DNA from: a virus
Length of the DNA stretch: 64,000 bases
Strand: one strand, 5' to 3'
Virus record (IMG/VR): IMGVR_UViG_3300042514_001858
Location: 32,001 to 96,000 of that record
In this document: positions 48,347 to 57,887 of the stretch, piece after piece
How the letters are laid out: every line of letters starts with the position of its first letter
Numbering within the stretch: the first letter of the stretch is position 1
Made by a program: the position numbers and the translations under genes
Notes under the pieces: model-generated
Database searches by the model: none
Told to the model about the DNA's origin: nothing
What the model saw: the letters and a program-made list of their open reading frames with translations, nothing else

Positions 48347-48385
48347 ATCTTAACATGAATACTACAAGTGTCAATTTATTAAATA
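48347..48385. promoter_or_regulatory. Divergent pair: minus TTGACA-N16-TAAGAT-N6-ATG and plus TAAATA-N5-ATG
   Basis: tgtcaa 48369-74, atctta 48347-52; TAAATA 48380-85. Confidence 0.7.
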
Positions 48386-48390
48386 TTAAG

Positions 48391-49098
48391 ATGAACGAAT
48401 TTGATAAATTATTTGAAAAAGTTTTGACTGAGGGAAAATTCCGAAAGTCTTCAAAAGTTATCCATAAACTGGATGTTCCCATGTTTTCAATTTTTTTAGA
48501 TTCTAATTTAAAAGATGTCAAAAATGCAGAATTATGGAATGAAGTTACAAGAGCATTTCAAGAAGCAAAAACACAAATTAATAAAACAGGATTTCAATCA
48601 ATGCATGTAAATGCAGTGTTTGCGAAACCATCTAAAAAAGATGAAGCGGGAGAGGCATTTGGCGATCCTCGGAAGAAAAAATATGAAAAAGACTTAAAAT
48701 ACATCACTCTCGATGTTAAATTTTTAATTGGTTTACAATTAAAAAATAAAGAAATTTACCAACAATTGATCAAAACAATTATTCATGAGTGGGGTCATGT
48801 TTGGATGTTTAATAAAGGTGAATCTTTTTTCACAGCGGTTAAAAGATTTTATCGTCAATTAACAAACAATGATCCCAGATTAAAAAATGATAAAAAACTG
48901 AGAGATGTTTTAGCAAAACTCACCGACTTTCCTCGTTCTTACGGTTTAAAAGATTACCATGAAATGTGGGCAGTGTTGGTTGAACGTTTTTTAGATTTGA
49001 ATCCAGTATACAGGAAGAAAATTTTTGAGTTGATGGATACCAATGAACCAAGATGGGAGCCTAATAGTAAACAAAAAAAAGAAACTAATACTAAATAA
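48391..49098 (+). CDS. Zincin-like metallopeptidase
   Basis: TIIHEWGHVW (HExxH) and downstream SYG....HEMWA; start MNEFDKLFE. Confidence 0.65.
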   Translation: MNEFDKLFEKVLTEGKFRKSSKVIHKLDVPMFSIFLDSNLKDVKNAELWNEVTRAFQEAKTQINKTGFQSMHVNAVFAKPSKKDEAGEAFGDPRKKKYEKDLKYITLDVKFLIGLQLKNKEIYQQLIKTIIHEWGHVWMFNKGESFFTAVKRFYRQLTNNDPRLKNDKKLRDVLAKLTDFPRSYGLKDYHEMWAVLVERFLDLNPVYRKKIFELMDTNEPRWEPNSKQKKETNTK

Positions 49099-49102
49099 TA
49101 TT

Positions 49103-50746
49103 ATGAGAAATTATAGTTTTGGATATTTGGTGGAAAAAGTGCAAACACTGAATGAAATGTCACTCAAAGGAAAAAGTAAGACTTGGACACAGCTTCCAGA
49201 ATTTTATGATATTATTCAACAAACTCACGAAGTTATGAAACCAGAAGTGAAAAAGCTTGACCCAGATGCTGATGTTTCACATAAAAGAATTCCATATATG
49301 GGTCGTATGCTTATGAAATTTTTAAAAATGCCAGGTGTTTATAGTGAATTATTTAAAAAAGCCACATTTGAAGAAATCCCAAAAGAAGAACGAACAGATA
49401 AAAAATCAGTTCGACCAACACAGGAATATTTGGAATTTAATCCAAAAGGTGTTAATTCTGATCCACCAAGACAGAATTATTTTCTTTTTAAATTAGTAGA
49501 AGATAATTATGAAGCGGCAACATCGGATAAATTTAGAAAATTCGTCACTGATCTAAAGAATATCGATGAATACTTAGCTGGTAATAAGAAAAAGGGTCAA
49601 ACTAGCGCAATGGATACAGCAGCTACTTCAAATTACGCATCGGGGATGAGAAAAAAACAGGAATCATTGCTCGGTATGAGTCAAGAGGAATACGCTCAAT
49701 TACAAAACGATGCGAATGCGTTGCTCAAAAAACTCAGAAAGTCGAAAAAATTACCCAAAGGATTGTTCCAGTCTATCTACCGCGCACCTAGTGTAAATGA
49801 ACTCGTAATCTCGAATGAAAAAGGAGACGAGACTTTAAACACAGGTATGATACCACTTCTAGCTACACAGCTTGCATTAGAAATCTTGTTGGATGAAAGG
49901 AAAAAAATTGCAGTGCTTGTCAAGTATAGGGAAGAGTTGAGTGAAGATCAAGATGGCTTGTATAATTTCGATATATCAATCATTCAGAAAACATTGGATG
50001 TTGTCAGTAAAAGAATTGAAGAAGGGAAACCAACATCTTTAGATACTCTCAAAAATAAAATTTTCCCCTTATTTGACGATATTAAAGAAACGTTTATCGA
50101 AGAATTCGACCTTGCATATGAGCAATTATTACAAGGTTCACAAGCTGGTAATATAGCAAGTGTTATGAAAAAACAAGAGTATTCTAACATATTTGATATG
50201 CTAGACGATGATCTTTTGAAATCTTTGGAGAAAGAAGGTCTAATCGATTCGAAGGATCGCGAAACTCTGAAAAAATGGGCTAATGCTGCTGGTACAAAAA
50301 AACAAGGTGTCAAAACTAAAGGAGAAAAAATATTAATAAAAAATATCGAAAAAGGTAAGCAACAAGACGAATACGATAAAAAGAAACAAGAGTGGGATGA
50401 GAAAGCTGCTAAAAGGAAAGCGCAGAAAGAAGGTAATCGTGAAGTGTATAAAGATAAACTCGAAGAACTTAAAGATATGAAAATAGAGGAAATTGAAAAT
50501 GAGATTTATGATGCATATACTTCAGATAATCCAGATTTTGATCTTATTGAATATATGGAAAAATACTTAGAAAGAAGAAAAACCAGACAAAACAAAAAAA
50601 TATCTGTGTATGAAAATTGTGTAATGGATTATTTCACTGAACAAGTTCAAAAAGATAATCTTTTAAATCAAAAAGGCGAGTATAAAGAAAGAGGCTTTAA
50701 AAAACCAAAAAATTATGCTCATTGGTTATGGCTCAATGATCAATAA
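49103..50746 (+). CDS. Large charged hypothetical late protein
   Basis: TAAATA-N5-ATG at 49103; coiled-coil C-terminus. Confidence 0.7.
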   Translation: MRNYSFGYLVEKVQTLNEMSLKGKSKTWTQLPEFYDIIQQTHEVMKPEVKKLDPDADVSHKRIPYMGRMLMKFLKMPGVYSELFKKATFEEIPKEERTDKKSVRPTQEYLEFNPKGVNSDPPRQNYFLFKLVEDNYEAATSDKFRKFVTDLKNIDEYLAGNKKKGQTSAMDTAATSNYASGMRKKQESLLGMSQEEYAQLQNDANALLKKLRKSKKLPKGLFQSIYRAPSVNELVISNEKGDETLNTGMIPLLATQLALEILLDERKKIAVLVKYREELSEDQDGLYNFDISIIQKTLDVVSKRIEEGKPTSLDTLKNKIFPLFDDIKETFIEEFDLAYEQLLQGSQAGNIASVMKKQEYSNIFDMLDDDLLKSLEKEGLIDSKDRETLKKWANAAGTKKQGVKTKGEKILIKNIEKGKQQDEYDKKKQEWDEKAAKRKAQKEGNREVYKDKLEELKDMKIEEIENEIYDAYTSDNPDFDLIEYMEKYLERRKTRQNKKISVYENCVMDYFTEQVQKDNLLNQKGEYKERGFKKPKNYAHWLWLNDQ

Positions 50747-50772
50747 ATATAATCAATCATTAATTTACATAT

Positions 50773-50814
50773 AAAAAAAATTGCTTGAAAGTTTTTTTAG
50801 AACTTCCAAGCAAT
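50773..50814 (-). terminator. Intrinsic terminator between convergent genes
   Basis: ATTGCTTGGAAGTT-loop-AACTTTCAAGCAAT plus T run on the minus strand. Confidence 0.75.
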
Positions 50815-50840
50815 CACCATGAAACAGATGAATACCTTTA

Positions 50841-51965
50841 TCAATCCGAATTGATATTCTCGTCTTCTTCTAATTCAATCAAATTATCATCATCAGGAGA
50901 TGAGCCATAAGCCCAATGCTCTTTAATTCGCTTCTCAAGTTCGGGAAGAAATTTATTTTCCCATAAGGTAATATCTTTAGACCATTTGGAATAGTATCCA
51001 AGTTTCTCTCCTGTCCAATCGGTATAAGAAGAACCTGAGTTATCGACTACTCCCATACCTTTCATGATATCAAGCAAACCATAATACTTGTCCAACCCTT
51101 TACTAAAGGACAGATAGAATTCACCTTCAAGGTATTGCTTGATAAAGCGATTCTTAACTGTCAAAGCACGGATAACAACACCTGAATAATTCTTCTGTGA
51201 TGCAGCCAATTTATCAGTTACTTGTTTGTTATCAGCATCTTTTACCAATTTTCTAGCAAGTTGCACTGTAACAGAGGGGAGATACACTGCTGCTTTACCA
51301 CCTGGCATATTCTTCTCCAAAGATGGATACATTGCACTAGGATCGTCATAGACATGGTTAGTAATCAGAATAGGAGTCTTAGTGAGAGTTGACATGTTTG
51401 TGCATGTCTTCAACAAACTCTTAACAGATTTTGCAAATGTTCCCATATCAGCAGACATGGAATCCTTGTCCATACGAGACAATTCAATTTCTGAGTTCAA
51501 ATTCGCAAGAGAATCAATAGCAATAATAAATTTACCAAATTGTTTTCTCTCTCGAACATTCTTCAGGAATTTGTAGATTGCATTTCTGGTTTGCTCCACA
51601 GATTCACACCCAACATATTTGACTTTGGTAATATCCAAACCAAATTTAGCAGCAGATTCGGGATCAATTGCACCCTCAGTATCGAAGATGACAGGAATCA
51701 TACCTTTCTTCTGTGCATTTGCCAGAATTTGCATTACAAGTCCCGTTTTAAATGCACCTGATGGTCCTGCCAATTGCGTGATGCGTCCACTTGGAATACC
51801 ACCATACAATGAGCCAGAAATCAGAGCATTGAGAACCATACTCCCCGTATCAATCCAGTCATTTACACTGGAAAGAGTGGAATCACTCAGATATGCTGAG
51901 TATGGAACTACATCGTCCAAAGCGTTCAAAGACGCTAAAATATCTTTATCTAATTTTTCAATCAT
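50841..51965 (-). CDS. uvsX: RecA-like recombinase
   Basis: IDTGS..LNALISG...GGIPSGRIT.LAGPSGAFKT, FDTE, IDSL, TNHVY, GGKA, KNRF. Confidence 0.92.
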   Translation of the reverse strand: MIEKLDKDILASLNALDDVVPYSAYLSDSTLSSVNDWIDTGSMVLNALISGSLYGGIPSGRITQLAGPSGAFKTGLVMQILANAQKKGMIPVIFDTEGAIDPESAAKFGLDITKVKYVGCESVEQTRNAIYKFLKNVRERKQFGKFIIAIDSLANLNSEIELSRMDKDSMSADMGTFAKSVKSLLKTCTNMSTLTKTPILITNHVYDDPSAMYPSLEKNMPGGKAAVYLPSVTVQLARKLVKDADNKQVTDKLAASQKNYSGVVIRALTVKNRFIKQYLEGEFYLSFSKGLDKYYGLLDIMKGMGVVDNSGSSYTDWTGEKLGYYSKWSKDITLWENKFLPELEKRIKEHWAYGSSPDDDNLIELEEDENINSD

Positions 51966-51966
51966 A

Positions 51967-52179
51967 TTAACAATATATATCAGGTTTTGAATTTGAGGGT
52001 TTCATTATCGAATCAAAGAATTCTGAATAATTCGATGTTTTGCTACTTTTAGGTGTTACTTTGTTGAAAACCAAATTCAAATGATCACGAATGATCTGAA
52101 CTTGTTTCTCACTCAAATTATTGGTATCAGAGATTTCAAAAAACCCATTTAACCAAAATGTAAATTGTTCTGGTGACAT
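51967..52179 (-). CDS. Small phage protein (MSPEQFTFWLNGFFE...IRDHLNLVFNKVTP)
   Basis: Recognisable small phage protein motif; start 52179. Confidence 0.65.
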   Translation of the reverse strand: MSPEQFTFWLNGFFEISDTNNLSEKQVQIIRDHLNLVFNKVTPKSSKTSNYSEFFDSIMKPSNSKPDIYC

Positions 52180-52180
52180 A

Positions 52181-52534
52181 TTATAGATCGTCAATCGAAA
52201 TAACTTTAGGTGAGGATGTTGGTGTATTTTGTTCAACAGGAGGAGTATTAATCTTCTCATATTGAAGCAAAATTCTATCATCCAAAACCACATCACTTGT
52301 CACGACATTAGCTTTGTTGTATGTCCAATTATTCTGACCACGGAAGTCCTTGTTAATAAATTCAAAGAAGAATACTGGGAAGCTCTGAACTTGAATCTGT
52401 CCTGTTTGTTCTGGTTGAACGAATAGAATGACTGGATTGTTAAGTGTCAGTGTGGTTTCCGTTTCATCTACAAGTTTACCGATGATATTACGTCCGATTT
52501 GGTCAATGATTGCTACGTGTTTGTTTGTTTTCAT
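52181..52534 (-). CDS. Hypothetical protein, possible Sm-like fold
   Basis: GRNIIGKLVDETETTLTLNNP pattern; TTGAAA-N16-TAAAAT upstream. Confidence 0.6.
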   Translation of the reverse strand: MKTNKHVAIIDQIGRNIIGKLVDETETTLTLNNPVILFVQPEQTGQIQVQSFPVFFFEFINKDFRGQNNWTYNKANVVTSDVVLDDRILLQYEKINTPPVEQNTPTSSPKVISIDDL

Positions 52535-52555
52535 ATACTGTGTTATTTTAATAGA

Positions 52556-52807
52556 TTATTTTGCTTTTTCAAGTTCTAATTTGTTGTTTTGTAATTTTTT
52601 CTGGAATCCTAATGCTACTCCATGTTTCCCTTCTGCCATCTTAAAGAAATAATCAGATCGCTCTTTGATTACTTTACGAACGATTTCCAACTTTGGGTTT
52701 GGAAATTCTACATTATATTCATTATCATTCAATAAATTGATGAAATTTTCAATAATTCGATTCTCTGAATCATTCAACCCCTTCACATATGCTTCTTGTA
52801 TTGTCAT
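52556..52807 (-). CDS. Hypothetical protein
   Basis: 83-aa ORF. Confidence 0.6.
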   Translation of the reverse strand: MTIQEAYVKGLNDSENRIIENFINLLNDNEYNVEFPNPKLEIVRKVIKERSDYFFKMAEGKHGVALGFQKKLQNNKLELEKAK

Positions 52808-52819
52808 AATTAATAAATT

Positions 52820-52898
52820 TGTGCAGGGTTTATATACATTCTCGCTGGACTTTCTCCTGCTTATTCCAGATCAGATAGGAGCGACCTATCAGCCATCT
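52820..52898 (-). ncRNA. Candidate structured intergenic RNA (hairpin plus possible pseudoknot)
   Basis: GATAGG/CCTATC hairpin; crossing GCAGG/CCTGC and CTGGA/TCCAG pairs; GC-richer than flanks. Confidence 0.3.
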
Positions 52899-53138
52899 TT
52901 ATGCATTCTCTACAAATGCGTATAATTCTTTAGCTCGTTTAATGATTTCTTCTGAAGTTGGAAGCAAATCACTGATAACTTTGTCATCAATTTTATCTTC
53001 TACCCAACTATCGTCTTGGTTGCCGACCATTCTCTTTTTGGCGTTATGCAGCTTCTCGTGGAAAACTGTCATTAAATCACCATGTGCTATGCTCAATATA
53101 TCGAGCCTTATCTCGTATGCGTTTTTGCTTGTGTTCAT
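52899..53138 (-). CDS. Small conserved phage protein (KNAYEIRL...PTSEEII.RAKELYAFV)
   Basis: Motif pattern familiar from large phages; start MNTSK. Confidence 0.7.
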   Translation of the reverse strand: MNTSKNAYEIRLDILSIAHGDLMTVFHEKLHNAKKRMVGNQDDSWVEDKIDDKVISDLLPTSEEIIKRAKELYAFVENA

Positions 53139-53207
53139 ATGTTTGTGTAAAATCAGGGTGTTGTGCCTGATAAGAATATATACCCTAGTTACAGGGGAAT
53201 GCAAGTA

Positions 53208-53573
53208 TTATTTCGAATAATCTTTTGGATGTTTTGCTTGAATGTAGACTTCACCATATGCTTCAAGAGTTCCTGTGATCATTTGAAATTCTTTTTGTGA
53301 AAGAGAATCCAAATTTTTAAGTTTAGCATAAGCTTCTTTATATTTTGCTTTGAAATGGGATTCTTTATCATCTTTCTTAGCTTTTCGCAAAGCATCAGCA
53401 TATGGTTTCACCTTACCAGCAAAGTGGTAAGCAGTTAAGATAGCAAAAGAACCTTTTTTCATTGCGGATTCTTCTATTTTTTTCGCTCCTTCTGCTCTTT
53501 TTGTTACAAAGGTTGGAAAAAGAGTATCAACAAGTTCGTTTAAAAGTTTTTCAAATAAAATCGTAAATTGCAT
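53208..53573 (-). CDS. Hypothetical late protein
   Basis: TAAATA-N5-ATG; MQFTILFEKLLNE N-terminus. Confidence 0.7.
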   Translation of the reverse strand: MQFTILFEKLLNELVDTLFPTFVTKRAEGAKKIEESAMKKGSFAILTAYHFAGKVKPYADALRKAKKDDKESHFKAKYKEAYAKLKNLDSLSQKEFQMITGTLEAYGEVYIQAKHPKDYSK

Positions 53574-53591
53574 ATTATTATTTAGTAGATA

Positions 53592-56099
53592 TTACAATCC
53601 AAACAAATCTTCCAATTCCACTGTAAGATTTTCTGATGGTTTTCTTAGTTTCCATCCGACTGCTTCATAGAATCTCTCGATTGCGGCATGGAATATCTTG
53701 CTAAACATTTTCTCGTAATCAACCACGAAAATATTATTAAATTCTTCGAGCCAATCTCCTTTGAAACCGATCATGTCCAAATTATATTTATTGGGTTTCT
53801 TGACATATACCATACGAACTTTATCTCCTGTTTTAAATTTATCATATTTGGAAGACCATTCGTTCTGTCCGACAATTAGATCATGGAAATAAGCGGCTTT
53901 TAGATGACTCGGCATCCCTTTCACGGTATTCATTCCATTACATCTAGCTGAATATTCTGAATAATTGTTCATACCAGAGATCTTTGCAATATCTGCGATA
54001 GGCAATTTCTTAAATTCTTCGTATGCTTCATTGAACAGATCATTAGTTTCCTTCAAGGATTGAGTCATGATCATGTGTTCAATGACTTTCTTAACATATG
54101 GTTTGACCTTTTTAGGCATGGTAGTCTTCACTACATCAACTCCCCGATATTTAAACTTATCCACCTTTGTTCCCTCATCATCCAGAACATGCAGGACATA
54201 ATATTTCTTACCGATGAAAATTCCGCTATCACAAATGGTTTCTCGTTTGAATACGAATCGCGGATCAGTGCTTCTCAGAGCTTTTCTTGCCCATTCTGTC
54301 ATGCTATTGTTGATATAATCCTCAATATCTTCGCACAATGTATAAAATTCATCAGAACCAGCATCATATCCAAACATTTTCAGAGAAACCATGAAGGAAT
54401 CCGTATCCCCGTAAATGCAACTCGCTTGCAATAAAGATTCCGATACATCTGGTAAGTTCTCTCTCACATAATCCTGAAACAAATCATTACTCTTTTTAAT
54501 AACTGCTTGTCCTGTCAATGTCACCGATGTTCCGATATCCTCATCTCCAAGGGGAGCGTATTTATTGAGCATATATCCATACAGGGAATTGAGGTGAATT
54601 TTGTAAGCGTATTGAATACTATCAAATTTCTGCTCTCCCGCTTTATCTCCATTTTTTCGGCATTCCATCATCTTACTCTTCATCTCCTTCCTCTTGGTAT
54701 AAAGATTGTCTAGGAATTCAGGCACCAAACCTCTTTTCTTTTGAGAGAATAGAAATCCAGCCTTGGTTAATGCAGCTTGTTCCTCATCAATGAATTTCTT
54801 GAAGTTCTCAGGAGTCATCTCAAACAACCTACCTGATACATGATGGATTTTCACTTTGTCGCCATCCTTTTCAACTCTACCTATTTTTGTCTCAGGGGAG
54901 AGATTTAGAGAAATCATGACTGATGGATACAGCGAGTTGGCATCGAATGACACGATATTTTCAGCAAACCCCACTTTTGGTTCTGACACATAACCTCCAG
55001 GTGCTTTATAATCAGTGACAGGGCGAATGAAAGTTGGAATATACTCATCGCGCATACGCGCACGAATAGCAATAGCACCGTTCATCGGTGGAACGGTTTT
55101 GATGGCATTTTCTAAATCACATAATCCTGTGTATGCAAGGAATCGAAGAAGATTGATATATCCCTTTTTCTCGTCCAATTTAACACAAATTTCCACATCG
55201 CGAATGTTGTAGTCAGTATATTTATACCAATCTTTTTTAGCCAATTCCCATAGATTACCTTCGTGTTGAATTTTGTTGATACCTAATTCAATTTCTCCAA
55301 TATTATCCAACTTGTATGATTCTTGCTTCTCTAAGCTGAATTTCATATACATCACATAATAATCCAAAATAGAAATTCCTTCGATCACATACTCTTTGGT
55401 AGGCATTCCAAATTTACCATTCGGATTCGTCTTTTCATAAATCCTTTCAATTGGCGACAATTTCTTTGCCCATTCTTCTCCCAATTCAAATGTGATTCTG
55501 TTGATCAGGTAGGGGATATCGAATCCTGCTATGTTCCATCCACTAATCACATCAAATTCCTCTTTTCTAAAGAATTTGATGAATGATTTGAGCAAATCTT
55601 CTTCTGATTTACAAAAATAATATCTTACGTCATCTCTTGTCGTGTGATAATTCTTCAAACCGAAAACATGATACATTTTAGAAAATGAATCGAATACAGT
55701 GATCAAATTTACCACTGCTTCCGCTGACTCTGGTTCTGGAAACTTATCAGGATGAGGACATTCGATGTCTAGATAAGCAACCTTTAACGGATATTGAGAG
55801 AAATTGTCATCCTCACAAACCGACCAATAATTATCAATCAAGAATTGTTGGTATGGGGGGAGATTTTCATAGATTCGCTTGATATTACTATCTTTTACGA
55901 AATTATTTCTGTCATACGAAGAAGCGAATTCTTTCTTTTTAAGAGGAGTTCCATAGATAGATTTCTCTTTACCCGCTTTATCTTCCAGTAGAATATATGG
56001 TTTGAAGTCGTGTTCTTCTTTCACACGCTCCCCATTTTCATTCCATGTCCACAAGAAAACCTTGCGTTCACGGTTGTTGTAAATACAATTCCTATACAT
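53592..56099 (-). CDS. gp43: Family B DNA polymerase
   Basis: Exo DIE, GWNIAGFD, YNIRD; pol SFDANSLYPS, KIHLNSLYG, YGDTDS, KKYY; start MYRNC. Confidence 0.97.
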   Translation of the reverse strand: MYRNCIYNNRERKVFLWTWNENGERVKEEHDFKPYILLEDKAGKEKSIYGTPLKKKEFASSYDRNNFVKDSNIKRIYENLPPYQQFLIDNYWSVCEDDNFSQYPLKVAYLDIECPHPDKFPEPESAEAVVNLITVFDSFSKMYHVFGLKNYHTTRDDVRYYFCKSEEDLLKSFIKFFRKEEFDVISGWNIAGFDIPYLINRITFELGEEWAKKLSPIERIYEKTNPNGKFGMPTKEYVIEGISILDYYVMYMKFSLEKQESYKLDNIGEIELGINKIQHEGNLWELAKKDWYKYTDYNIRDVEICVKLDEKKGYINLLRFLAYTGLCDLENAIKTVPPMNGAIAIRARMRDEYIPTFIRPVTDYKAPGGYVSEPKVGFAENIVSFDANSLYPSVMISLNLSPETKIGRVEKDGDKVKIHHVSGRLFEMTPENFKKFIDEEQAALTKAGFLFSQKKRGLVPEFLDNLYTKRKEMKSKMMECRKNGDKAGEQKFDSIQYAYKIHLNSLYGYMLNKYAPLGDEDIGTSVTLTGQAVIKKSNDLFQDYVRENLPDVSESLLQASCIYGDTDSFMVSLKMFGYDAGSDEFYTLCEDIEDYINNSMTEWARKALRSTDPRFVFKRETICDSGIFIGKKYYVLHVLDDEGTKVDKFKYRGVDVVKTTMPKKVKPYVKKVIEHMIMTQSLKETNDLFNEAYEEFKKLPIADIAKISGMNNYSEYSARCNGMNTVKGMPSHLKAAYFHDLIVGQNEWSSKYDKFKTGDKVRMVYVKKPNKYNLDMIGFKGDWLEEFNNIFVVDYEKMFSKIFHAAIERFYEAVGWKLRKPSENLTVELEDLFGL

Positions 56100-56105
56100 A
56101 AAAAA

Positions 56106-56164
56106 ATGATAAACCATGAAATGCGAAAGTCAATACGATATTAACCCCATCAAATGATTAAATA
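56106..56164. promoter_or_regulatory. Divergent pair: minus TTGACT-N16-TATCAT-N6-ATG (polymerase) and plus TAAATA-N5-ATG
   Basis: agtcaa 56128-33, atgata 56106-11; TAAATA 56159-64. Confidence 0.7.
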
Positions 56165-56169
56165 AAAAT

Positions 56170-57570
56170 ATGGCAATTAACACTAATGTATGGACAAATG
56201 CTGCAAATACCGAAAGCGGGAAATTTGTTGAAATCGTAAATGATATCAGATTTCCAGCAACATCGGCAATGACAGATCCATCTTTTGGTTCCCCTCAAGT
56301 AATCGAATATCCAAAATATGCAGTTTTGGTAAAAAATATCGATGATACGACAAGCAACTTTAGCGGTAATTTCAACATGGCTAGTGATGCTTTCGGTAGA
56401 ACGAGAACATCAAGTCCCTTGACTCTTTTTGATTCGTCTCATAGATATTCAGATAATAATCTATGGTCAACATTGTCAGGAGGAACTACAACAACCTCTG
56501 CTTCTGCTGAATTCATTCAAACACAAGGTCTTGTAGAGTTAAAAGTTGATGCTCTGAGTGGTTCTAAAATATACAGAGAAACAACAAAGGTGTTTGCCTA
56601 TCAACCTGGTAAAAGTTTACTAATTTTGAATACATTTATTTTTAACCAAGCTAAAACAAATCTGAGACAACGTGTTGGGTATTTTGGCACTGATAATGGC
56701 ATTTACTTAGAATTGGATGATGCTACTCTTTATATGGTTGAGCGCAGCATTACATCAGGCTCACTTTCATCTACTCGTATTCCCCAATCACAATGGAATG
56801 TAGATCGCTTGGATGGGTCGGGTTCATCTGGTATTACACTTGATATTACAAAGGCTCAAATTTTATGGGCAGATATAGAATGGCTTGGATTGGGTACCGT
56901 GAGAACAGGATTTGTCATCAATGGTCAATTTGTAGCTTGCCATTACTTCCACCATGCTAACATAATTGATACAACATATATTACAACGGGATCACTGCCG
57001 CTTAGATATGAAATTGAAAATAAAGCTGCAACTTCAGGTCCAAGTAAATTGAAGCAAGTTTGTAGTACAGTTATTTCCGAAGGTGGTTATGAATTAAGAG
57101 GGTTACAGCAAGCAGCAGGTACAGCTATAACTGCGCCGAAAGCTCTTGCGACAGCAGGAACCTTTTATCCTGTTGTTTCGATACGATTAAAATCAACAAG
57201 ACTAGATAGTATCGTAATTTTAACTGCGTTGTCGGTAATGGGGGTCGCTACAGGTATCTACAAGTGGCAAGTAATTGCTTCTGGAACAACTTCTGGTGGT
57301 ACATGGACTGATGCTGGAGTTAATTCTTCTGTAGAATACAAGCTAGATGGAACTGGTGTATCGGGAGGTAGAATATTAGCTTCAGGCTATTTCACTTCCA
57401 ACGCGCAAGGAGCAACAACGATAGACATTTTCGGAGCAGCTTTATTCAAATTCCAACTTGAGAGAAATAGCTTTACAAGCACACCTTATGAATTAACTCT
57501 AGCTATTACAGCGAGTACGAACACAGAAGTTGTTCATGGCTCAATGGACTGGGAAGAGATAAGTCGATAA
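56170..57570 (+). CDS. Putative virion structural protein (DAFGRTRTS...YQPGKS...DIEWLGLG family)
   Basis: Beta-rich motifs familiar from aquatic myoviruses; late-type promoter. Confidence 0.65.
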   Translation: MAINTNVWTNAANTESGKFVEIVNDIRFPATSAMTDPSFGSPQVIEYPKYAVLVKNIDDTTSNFSGNFNMASDAFGRTRTSSPLTLFDSSHRYSDNNLWSTLSGGTTTTSASAEFIQTQGLVELKVDALSGSKIYRETTKVFAYQPGKSLLILNTFIFNQAKTNLRQRVGYFGTDNGIYLELDDATLYMVERSITSGSLSSTRIPQSQWNVDRLDGSGSSGITLDITKAQILWADIEWLGLGTVRTGFVINGQFVACHYFHHANIIDTTYITTGSLPLRYEIENKAATSGPSKLKQVCSTVISEGGYELRGLQQAAGTAITAPKALATAGTFYPVVSIRLKSTRLDSIVILTALSVMGVATGIYKWQVIASGTTSGGTWTDAGVNSSVEYKLDGTGVSGGRILASGYFTSNAQGATTIDIFGAALFKFQLERNSFTSTPYELTLAITASTNTEVVHGSMDWEEISR

Positions 57571-57605
57571 ATTATAATTCACCACATCATTTATTAAATA
57601 ATGAT

Positions 57606-57887
57606 ATGAATGATTATTTTAAAGACTTGGGTATGATTTACGAAAATCTTGATTTCGAATCGTCATACGACAAATATGATCCCCAAATCGAAAAAATCAA
57701 GGCAGAAGCAAATGAACTTTGCTCATATATTGAAAATTATCTGAAGGGTACTATCAATTATTATCAAAATAATAAAGAAAAATTTTTCAACAACCCTTCA
57801 GATATGAACAGCTTCCAAGCTTTGAAAGGAATGTTTGAGCGTCTTCGTCCAACTCTTGCTCAATATTCACAATTCACAAAGAATTAA
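57606..57887 (+). CDS. Hypothetical late protein
   Basis: TAAATA-N5-ATG. Confidence 0.65.
   Translation: MNDYFKDLGMIYENLDFESSYDKYDPQIEKIKAEANELCSYIENYLKGTINYYQNNKEKFFNNPSDMNSFQALKGMFERLRPTLAQYSQFTKN

Noticed and set aside
52820-52898. Hammerhead ribozyme or RNase P fragment (CTGAT..., GAAAGTCC)
   Set aside because: The CUGAnGA core and required stems are missing; kept only as an unclassified structure candidate
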